Shown here one piece after another: positions 26,192 to 32,817 of a DNA stretch of 32,817 nucleotides. The position numbers were made by a program, and so were the translations under genes. The stretch comes from Anaerolineales bacterium (GTDB lineage Bacteria > Chloroflexota > Anaerolineae > Anaerolineales > UBA11579): the NCBI GenBank assembly GCA_037383445.1, contig JARROY010000011.1, positions 1 to 32,817 on the forward strand, given 5' to 3'. Every line of letters starts with the position of its first letter. The stretch's first letter is position 1. The notes below the pieces were generated by a model. The model did no database searches. It saw nothing but the letters and a program-made list of their open reading frames with translations, and had not been told where the DNA came from.

Positions 26192-26324
26192 TGGATGATT
26201 AAGAGCGAACTTTACCAAGTCAGATAAATCCGGCCCCGATTCTTTGTATAATGGTAATACAAACGCTCACAATATTGATTTGATAACACAATCGTTTAAC
26301 TCTCCTGGGAAAATGGAGGAAAAA

Positions 26325-27362
26325 ATGGAGACTCAAATGCAAATCAATCCGGAAAGCCTTTCCTGGCTACTGGAACCCGATAACCCTGGGGTGCGGTATC
26401 TCGCCCTGCGGGATTTGGTAGAAACACCAGGTAATGACCCTGATCTTCTCGATGCAAAAGAGACTGCCCATCGTCAGGGACCGATTGCCGCCGTCCTGGA
26501 CAACATGGAACCCGCTGGTTATTGGGTCAGACCTGGTCACGGCTACAACCCAAAATACCGCAGCACTGTCTGGTCTCTCATCCTTTTAGCCCAGTTAGGC
26601 GCATCGGCAGACCAAGATGAACGCATCGCCACCGCATGTGAATATCTGCTAGAGCATGGCCTCTCAGAGAACGGCCAGTTTACGACCAGCGGATCCCCCT
26701 CCGGAACTGTAGACTGCCTACAAGGTAATCTGTGCAACGCTTTGCTGGATCTTGGAATCGACGATCCGCGACTGGATCAAGCCTTCGAGTGGATGGCTCG
26801 CAGCCAAACTGGCGAGGGGATTGCGCCTTTGGAAGATAAAAACGCCCCCCTGAGATATTACGCCTATAAATGTGGTCCGGGATTCGCCTGTGGGGTGAAC
26901 GCCTCCAAGCCCTGCGCCTGGGGAGCGGTCAAGGTCATGCTGGCATTCAGCAAGCTCCCTGAAGAAAAGCGCACACCGTTGATCGAACGAGCCATCAAGA
27001 CCGGTATTGATTTTCTCTTCAGCGTCGATCCGGTCAGCGCCGACTATCCTACCAGGCTGGATTCCAAACCCAACCGAAGCTGGTGGAAGTTTGGCTTTCC
27101 AGTATTTTATGTGACGGATATTTTGCAAAATGTTGAAGCTCTGGTTCGCTTGGGATACGGCAAGGATCCCCGTCTAGCAAATGCGCTTAATCTGGTTAAA
27201 GAAAAGCAGGACGCAAACGGGCATTGGTCATTGGAATATGATTATCAGGGCAAAACCTGGCTGGATTTTGGGGAGAAAAAACAACCAAACAAATGGGTTA
27301 CCTTGAGGGCTGTCTGGGTATTGAAAAACGCTTCTGGAAATGGGAAAACAGCCGCTCAATAG
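26325..27362 (+). CDS. Conserved protein with prenyltransferase/squalene-cyclase-like alpha/alpha-toroid repeats; function unknown
   Basis: WLLEPDNPGVRYLALRDL, YNPKYRSTVW, KQDANGHW (QW-like), FGFPVFYVTD, PNKWVTLRA. GGAGG SD before ATG 26325; in-frame alternative ATGs at 26313 and 26337. Confidence 0.65.
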   Translation: METQMQINPESLSWLLEPDNPGVRYLALRDLVETPGNDPDLLDAKETAHRQGPIAAVLDNMEPAGYWVRPGHGYNPKYRSTVWSLILLAQLGASADQDERIATACEYLLEHGLSENGQFTTSGSPSGTVDCLQGNLCNALLDLGIDDPRLDQAFEWMARSQTGEGIAPLEDKNAPLRYYAYKCGPGFACGVNASKPCAWGAVKVMLAFSKLPEEKRTPLIERAIKTGIDFLFSVDPVSADYPTRLDSKPNRSWWKFGFPVFYVTDILQNVEALVRLGYGKDPRLANALNLVKEKQDANGHWSLEYDYQGKTWLDFGEKKQPNKWVTLRAVWVLKNASGNGKTAAQ

Positions 27363-27374
27363 GAGGCAAGTTAA

Positions 27375-27653
27375 ATGGATCACTATAAAACTAAAAATTA
27401 CCTGGCACTGCTGGCTATTCGTCAGGCGGGAACAAAGCGTAATTCAATCATTGTGGGAGGGATATTCTATACATCCCTAATCGCTATGGTAGTTCTTGGG
27501 CTGCTCGATCAAATCAGTGGGAGATCGCTGTACCTTACTGCCCCATTGGTTGCTGTTTTTTTCGTCGGTTATCTCATTACAAGAATCAAATTGGAAATCA
27601 ACCGCGCATCGATAGAATTGTTGAATAATATTATCGAAATTGAAGGAGCATAA
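27375..27653 (+). CDS. Small hypothetical protein with two TM helices
   Basis: 92 aa, AGGAGG SD, two hydrophobic stretches, followed by a terminator. Confidence 0.7.
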   Translation: MDHYKTKNYLALLAIRQAGTKRNSIIVGGIFYTSLIAMVVLGLLDQISGRSLYLTAPLVAVFFVGYLITRIKLEINRASIELLNNIIEIEGA

Positions 27654-27675
27654 AGACAGATATTCATTCCCAATG

Positions 27676-27707
27676 AAAAAAGCTCTCGGAAATTTTCGAG
27701 AGCTTTT
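27676..27707. terminator. Bidirectional intrinsic terminator
   Basis: AAAAAAGCTCTCG-gaaatttt-CGAGAGCTTTT between convergent genes, with A and T runs on either side. Confidence 0.85.
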
Positions 27708-27725
27708 ATGTTCGTTGAAATTCGA

Positions 27726-28883
27726 TTATTCCGAAGTCAAAGACCAGATCGCCAATTCAAGCGTCACTCGCTGGAAGAAGCTGTTTTCTGGCATATGGCC
27801 GGTGCCGTAGTCCATATCCATCACGCGCACAGCCATGCGTAACGTTTTGGTTTCTAATTCCACAGTGCCGCCGGGTACTGCCAAAACAGGTTCGCCTTTG
27901 GCTTCCAGCCGGGCATAGGTACCTTCATCATTCATCGCGTGCCCACTCATCAAAACTTTTGTCACTGTCTGGATATCATTCTTATCAAACAGCCAGACTT
28001 CAAAAGCTGAGACCCGCTTGGGTTCTCCCACTCCGATGGTATCGGCGATTCCAACACCGCATTCTCCCAGGAACTCACCGCTCAAGGAGTCAATGCTGAA
28101 GGAGTCATCGAAGAGATCATCACCAATCAGGTAGGTGGTCATCCACTGGGCAATCGGAGAGACCTCCCCCATAGCCTCATAATCCGTCTGCAATGCCTGG
28201 CGAGAAAATTCCTGCGCTCGGGCTGCTGCGGTTTTTCCACCTGTCTGGCTATTTCGCTGGCGAAGGAAATAGAACACACCAAAAGCAACCAGCAGCGTAC
28301 CGGTTACTGCACATGCCACGATCAATAAAGACCTGGAGCCAGAACCACTCGGTTCTGTTTCCCCTTCCTCACCGCCGACGGGGAGGGTGGAAATTGCCGT
28401 CTCACCGCCTGTATCTGGAGAAGTCCCGGCACTAATTTTATACATCAGGACAAAATCTTGGATCGCTTGCCGGCTGGCTTCGTCCCCCGGGTTTGCAATC
28501 AGCTTTTCAAGAATATCCGGACCAGCATCACCCAGAGCGGCAATCCGCCGTTCTGCCAGGGCATTATCCTGGCGAAGGTTATACGAATCGATCACCATCC
28601 GCATATAATCTAACTGGAAGTTCTCGTGTAAATTCGATGGGGCGGCGTCCACATACTGAACTGGCCATATTCCCCAGGCAAAGATCAAACCAATAATCAA
28701 CCCCACCACCAGAGCGGCACTACCCAGATAAAGCGGGTTGCTGGTCAGGGTAGACCAAAGATCCGAGAGCTGGAAACCACCACTTGGGGGTGTTTCTTCC
28801 TCTTCTTCTACAAAATCAAGCGGTCGATTGAATACTTCATCGTCTTCTTGATCATAGTCATAATCCATATTATCAAAATCCAT
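27726..28883 (-). CDS. Hypothetical two-TM membrane protein with an acidic N-terminus
   Basis: 385 aa; D/E-rich N-terminus, TM helix, helical region, Gly/Ser/Thr linker, second TM helix, then a domain with YLIGDDLFDDSFSID and GEFLGECGVGI. GGAG SD. Confidence 0.8.
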   Translation of the reverse strand: MDFDNMDYDYDQEDDEVFNRPLDFVEEEEETPPSGGFQLSDLWSTLTSNPLYLGSAALVVGLIIGLIFAWGIWPVQYVDAAPSNLHENFQLDYMRMVIDSYNLRQDNALAERRIAALGDAGPDILEKLIANPGDEASRQAIQDFVLMYKISAGTSPDTGGETAISTLPVGGEEGETEPSGSGSRSLLIVACAVTGTLLVAFGVFYFLRQRNSQTGGKTAAARAQEFSRQALQTDYEAMGEVSPIAQWMTTYLIGDDLFDDSFSIDSLSGEFLGECGVGIADTIGVGEPKRVSAFEVWLFDKNDIQTVTKVLMSGHAMNDEGTYARLEAKGEPVLAVPGGTVELETKTLRMAVRVMDMDYGTGHMPENSFFQRVTLELAIWSLTSE

Positions 28884-28996
28884 CGTTTACTCCATTGGTG
28901 AGCTAGTACACCGGTATTTCAATTGCGGCCTCGTCCGGTGTTTTTTTAAGGTGGCGAACTACAGTGAGAGCCACCAAGATTAAAAACCTCAAACTA

Positions 28997-29025
28997 ATTG
29001 TAGACTAGTGTAAGCATTTCTGCAA
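28997..29025 (-). promoter_or_regulatory. Sigma70-type promoter for the 27726-28883 gene
   Basis: Minus strand TTGCAG-N17-TACAAT. Confidence 0.55.
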
Positions 29026-29083
29026 CTAAAAGTACTACTTGAAAAAGTTGCAAGGTTTATACCGTTTTCACCCCGTTAAACGA

Positions 29084-31417
29084 TCACTTTGATGAAAGAT
29101 TAGCTTCTTCCTGCGGTTGGACTTCGTGCAAGGGGAAAGTTGTCTCGCAATCCAAACATTGAGCATGCTTTTTATTTGCGGCTACCAACAAACCCTGGCA
29201 GTGCGGACAAGGAGTGGGCAGCGGTCGTTTCCAGGAGGTAAATTCACACTCAGGATAGTTAGAACAACCATAAAAGGTACGCCCTTTACGTGTGCGTCGC
29301 TCGACAATCTCGCCACCATCCTCTGGGCAGGTAACCCCAATCTTCTCCAGGAAGGGTTCGGTATGCCGGCATTCCGGGAACCTGTCGCAGCTGATAAATT
29401 TTCCAAACCTTCCCCAGCGCAAGACCAGCTGCCCTTCCCCGCATGTGGGACATTCCCGTCCAATATACTCTGGGTCAGCTTTGACCTCGGGCATCTCAAT
29501 CTTGGCTTTCTCTACCTGTTTGGAGAACGGTTCATAAAATTCTCGGATGACGTCCACCCAATCTTCTTTCTCATGAGCAATCCTATCCAGGTCTTGTTCC
29601 ATCCTGGCGCTGAAGCCATAATCTACGATCTCCGGGAAATGGTCGATCAGCAAGTCATTGACCACCAGGCCGGTTTCCGTTGGAAACAACCTGCGGCCTT
29701 CGGTGTACACATATCCTCGATTTTGAAGCGTGCTCAAGGTCGGGGCATAGGTCGAAGGCCGGCCGATCCCATTTTCCTCCAAAGTTTTCACTAGAGTTGC
29801 CTCACTGTAGCGCGGCGGCGGAGTCGTGAAATGCTGTTCCGGTAGAACACGCACCAAATGCTGGGTTTGGCCTTCTTCCAGTTCTGTTGGTATTTTAGTA
29901 ATGTCACCATTTTCGTCCTGGTCGTATTCTCCGCGGGTTTCTTGATAAACAATCAGATAACCGGGGAAGCGAATCGCCGAGCCGGTAGCGCGGAAAATAT
30001 ACTGGTGTGCATCACTCACGCCCAGAATATCCACTGCCAAAGTGTCGTATTCAGCCGCCTTCATTTGAGAAGCAACAAAACGCTGCCAGATCATGTTATA
30101 CAGGCGGTACTGGTCGTTTGAAAGATGTTCTTTCATCAATTTAGGGGTGCGCTTGACAGAGGTCGGTCGGACGGCTTCATGGGCTTCCTGGGCGCTTTTG
30201 GCCTTGGTTGTGTACTTCGGCGGTTCTTCCGGCAGGAAATCACTGCCATGCCTTTTTTCGATATACTCACGCGCCTCAGCTTGAGCGTCTTCCGAAACAT
30301 TGGTCGAATCGGTGCGCATATAGGTTATCAGGCCAACGGTTTCCTCATCGTCAATGCTGATTCCCTCATAGAGCTGCTGCGCCAGAGCCATTGTCCGCCG
30401 GGCGGTAAAACGCATTCGGCGGGAGGCTTCCTGCTGCATGGTAGAAGTAGTATACGGGGCCGGGGCGTTTCGTTTTCGCGTCCCACGCTTGATCGAATCT
30501 ACCTTATAAACTGCCTTATCCAGGTCTGCGACGACCGGTTTGACCTCGTCTTCCGAACTGAGGATCGGGTTTTCACCATCGATCTTATTCAATTTGGCTG
30601 TAAATACGTTTTGGCTGACATCCGGTCGGAATTCAGCATCAATCGTCCAGTATTCTTCCGGTTCAAATTCATCAATCTCGCGCTCACGCTCAACCACCAT
30701 GCGCAGTGCCACAGACTGCACACGTCCAGCAGAAAGACGGTTGCGAACTTTGCGCCATAGAATCGGGCTGAGAGAATACCCCACCAATCGGTCCAAAATT
30801 CGGCGTGCCTGCTGGGCATCCACCAGGTCCATATCAATCTCACGCGGGTGGGAAAACGCTTCCAAGATTGCGGGCTTGGTAATCTCTGGGAAAACCACCC
30901 GCTTGGCGCGGTCGGGCTCAATTTCGGCGGCTTCCATCAGATGCCAGGCGATCGCCTCCCCTTCCCGGTCGAGGTCAGTCGCCAGATAAACCTGTTCGGC
31001 CTGGCTGGCAAGTTTTTTCAATTCCTTTACTACCGGGCGTTTCTCATTCGGCACGCGGTACTTTGGCTGGAATTGGTTCTCCACATCCACAGAAAGCTGC
31101 GAACGCAGCAGATCGCGCACATGCCCGACCGATGCTTCTACGCGGTAATCCTTGCCAAGGTAGCGGCCAATTGTGCGAGCTTTAGCTGGAGATTCAACAA
31201 TCACAAGATTGCCTTTACGCGGGGTGGTTTTCTTTATACGAACAGGTCGTTCAGGCGGTGTCAACCCTTCATGCGCTTCGGTACGCCCCATGCGGAACAT
31301 GGTCGTGCCGCAAACCGGGCACTTTCCGCGCGTTCCTGGTGCACCCGAAGAAGTAAACTCCGCCACAGGATCCTGCATTTCTCTTTTTTCTTTACATTTA
31401 ACACAATAAGCTTTCAA
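29084..31417 (-). CDS. topA: DNA topoisomerase I (type IA) with an N-terminal Cys4 module and C-terminal zinc ribbons
   Basis: LVIVESPAKA, DLDREGEAI, SAGRVQS, catalytic ITYMRTD, AQEAHEAVRP, GIGRPSTYA. TTG start at 31417 follows a GGAGG SD. Confidence 0.97.
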   Translation of the reverse strand: MKAYCVKCKEKREMQDPVAEFTSSGAPGTRGKCPVCGTTMFRMGRTEAHEGLTPPERPVRIKKTTPRKGNLVIVESPAKARTIGRYLGKDYRVEASVGHVRDLLRSQLSVDVENQFQPKYRVPNEKRPVVKELKKLASQAEQVYLATDLDREGEAIAWHLMEAAEIEPDRAKRVVFPEITKPAILEAFSHPREIDMDLVDAQQARRILDRLVGYSLSPILWRKVRNRLSAGRVQSVALRMVVEREREIDEFEPEEYWTIDAEFRPDVSQNVFTAKLNKIDGENPILSSEDEVKPVVADLDKAVYKVDSIKRGTRKRNAPAPYTTSTMQQEASRRMRFTARRTMALAQQLYEGISIDDEETVGLITYMRTDSTNVSEDAQAEAREYIEKRHGSDFLPEEPPKYTTKAKSAQEAHEAVRPTSVKRTPKLMKEHLSNDQYRLYNMIWQRFVASQMKAAEYDTLAVDILGVSDAHQYIFRATGSAIRFPGYLIVYQETRGEYDQDENGDITKIPTELEEGQTQHLVRVLPEQHFTTPPPRYSEATLVKTLEENGIGRPSTYAPTLSTLQNRGYVYTEGRRLFPTETGLVVNDLLIDHFPEIVDYGFSARMEQDLDRIAHEKEDWVDVIREFYEPFSKQVEKAKIEMPEVKADPEYIGRECPTCGEGQLVLRWGRFGKFISCDRFPECRHTEPFLEKIGVTCPEDGGEIVERRTRKGRTFYGCSNYPECEFTSWKRPLPTPCPHCQGLLVAANKKHAQCLDCETTFPLHEVQPQEEANLSSK

Positions 31418-31469
31418 ACGAAACCTCCAAATCAATGCACATCATTAAGCCTAACAATAACTATACTGG

Positions 31470-32564
31470 TTATAAATAATTTTTCTTACCTTTTTCATTT
31501 AACTGATTGACCACATCCCGCACTTTTTGGGCATAGGCTTTGTCACAGACCATCAAGACATCCTTGGTATCGACAATCACCATGTCAGCTATGCCTAACG
31601 TAACGATCAGACGATCCGATTCGCCATTGGCAAACACCAGAGAATTGGACGTATCTGCTGAGATATGATCGGTGCAGTTGATCACATTACCTTCGGCAGT
31701 TTTAGGCAGCACTTCATAGACCGCATTCCAACTGCCGACATCACTCCAGCCCAGACCACGCGCCGGGATCACGGCGACGTTCTGGGCACCTTCCATGATT
31801 CCGAAGTCTATGGAAACCTTATCCAGTTTAGACCAGACTTTGTTAATTACTTCCCGGTATTCCGGCCGACCCCAGGCAGCAGAAATTTTTTCCAACGCTT
31901 TATTGAGCTGCGGCATCTGGCGTTGAATCTCAGTCAATACCTTTTCCACTTGCCAGATAAACATACCAGAGTTCCAGGAATGGTCTTCAGCTTCAAGAAA
32001 CTCGATCGCTTTACGAGCATCAGGTTTTTCCTTAAAACTCCCGGCTTTAAAGACAACGATATTCTCATATGTGCCTAAGTAGCTCCCCTGCTGGATATAG
32101 CCGAACCCGGTTGAAGGGAAGGTCGGCTGGATACCTAAGGTGACCAAATACCCTTCTTCTGCAACCTGGCCGGCAGCCCTCAGCACATGCAAAAAGCGTC
32201 CTTCCCGCTCGATGTAGTGATCGGCGGTGACGACAGCCATCACCGCTTGCGGGTCGCGCTTCTTCAACGCCACAGCTGCCAGGCCAATCGCCGCCGCAGT
32301 ATCCCGGCCAGAGGGTTCGATGACGTAATTCTCAACCGGAATTTCGGGTAATTCTTTTTGAAATGCCTGCGCCTGAGATTCTGACGTAACGACCATCACC
32401 CGGTCTGCGGGAAAAAGACCCAACAGCCGATCCACGGCAACCTCAAACAGGGTGCGTTCACCATCCAGTTTGAGCATTTGTTTCGGTTTATCCTTGCGGG
32501 AAAGCGGCCACAAGCGAGTCCCTCCGCCCCCTGCCAATATTACGGCATAGTAATGATCGTTCAT
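31470..32564 (-). CDS. manC: Mannose-1-phosphate guanylyltransferase
   Basis: VILAGGGGTRLWPLSRKDKPKQ, EPSGRDTA, ADHYI, FKEKP, WNSGMF, SIDFGIME, WSDVGSW. Confidence 0.93.
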   Translation of the reverse strand: MNDHYYAVILAGGGGTRLWPLSRKDKPKQMLKLDGERTLFEVAVDRLLGLFPADRVMVVTSESQAQAFQKELPEIPVENYVIEPSGRDTAAAIGLAAVALKKRDPQAVMAVVTADHYIEREGRFLHVLRAAGQVAEEGYLVTLGIQPTFPSTGFGYIQQGSYLGTYENIVVFKAGSFKEKPDARKAIEFLEAEDHSWNSGMFIWQVEKVLTEIQRQMPQLNKALEKISAAWGRPEYREVINKVWSKLDKVSIDFGIMEGAQNVAVIPARGLGWSDVGSWNAVYEVLPKTAEGNVINCTDHISADTSNSLVFANGESDRLIVTLGIADMVIVDTKDVLMVCDKAYAQKVRDVVNQLNEKGKKNYL

Positions 32565-32715
32565 GCTTCATCCTTTTCATCTTCAATATTATAGGCAGCC
32601 TGAGCCTCGCGCACGACTACATAACGCATACCACCAACCTGACGCACCATTCCTTTCAGTTCCATCAGGGTCAGTGTGGCAGAAATCTGCTTAGTGTCCA
32701 TATTGGTGTCCATCC
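32561..32715 (-). CDS. dprA: 3' end of a DprA-like DNA-processing protein (winged-helix tail); 5' part missing or chimeric
   Basis: ISATLTLMELKGMVRQVGGMRY resembles the DprA C-terminal helix; dprA commonly lies upstream of topA. The stop overlaps the manC start (ATGA). Confidence 0.65.
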
Positions 32716-32735
32716 CCAGGAGTAAATCCATGATT

Positions 32736-32817
32736 GTGACCAAATACCCTTCTTCTGCCACCTGGCCGGCAGCCCTCAGCACATGCAAAAAGCGTCCTTC
32801 CCGCTCGATGTAGTGAT
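32736..32817 (+). repeat. 82-bp direct copy of 32140-32221 (internal manC sequence)
   Basis: Identical apart from one base (A at 32163, C at 32759); runs to the last base of the window. Confidence 0.95.

Noticed and set aside
26244-27362. Nitrogenase NifH or squalene-hopene cyclase
   Set aside because: No P-loop or NifH motifs. Too short for SHC and lacks DxDD.
29117-31510. Long + strand ORFs (225, 211 and 220 aa) opposite topA, and similar antisense ORFs at 8957-10188 and 18773-19576
   Set aside because: They are shadows of well-supported minus-strand genes, with no recognisable motifs.
32561-32788. 75-aa ORF as a novel small protein
   Set aside because: Its N-terminus is duplicated manC sequence and its C-terminus is DprA-like, so it is a chimera.
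1-32817. CRISPR array, tRNA/rRNA, IS element or prophage
   Set aside because: I saw no regularly spaced repeats, cloverleaf-like segments, transposase, integrase or phage genes by eye; intergenic gaps are all under 300 bp. A covariance-model scan was not run.

Overview
Gene-dense bacterial chromosomal window. The gene content (two DUF2298/Chlor_Arch_YYY proteins, mevalonate kinase, TopA with an N-terminal Cys4 module) points to Chloroflexota, probably Anaerolineae; this is inference. The main feature is a ~15 kb minus-strand envelope-glycosylation locus (1571-16932). Four tandem membrane proteins carry five GT-C-type modules: a TIGR03663-like protein, a stand-alone YYY/DUF2298 protein, a 1743-aa ArnT/PMT-like + YYY fusion, and an ArnT/PMT-like protein. 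Upstream of them lie a LPG_synthase_TM flippase-like gene, a GT4 glycosyltransferase and a Nudix-methyltransferase fusion. The C-terminal domains of the YYY proteins resemble the AglB/STT3 oligosaccharyltransferase core but lack WWDYG. Nearby are a decaprenyl-phosphate phosphoribosyltransferase-like ubiA in an operon with mvk, and a mannose-1-P guanylyltransferase. Housekeeping genes are plsC-like, cmk, lepA (broken by an apparent ~22-codon frameshifting deletion), tlyA, a PAQR protein, dgt, greA, topA and a dprA 3' fragment. Both window ends look chimeric: a 71% GC acetate-CoA ligase fragment on the left, and an 82-bp copy of manC sequence joined to dprA on the right. I saw no rRNA, tRNA, CRISPR array or transposase. 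All family assignments come from motifs recognised by eye; no searches were run.
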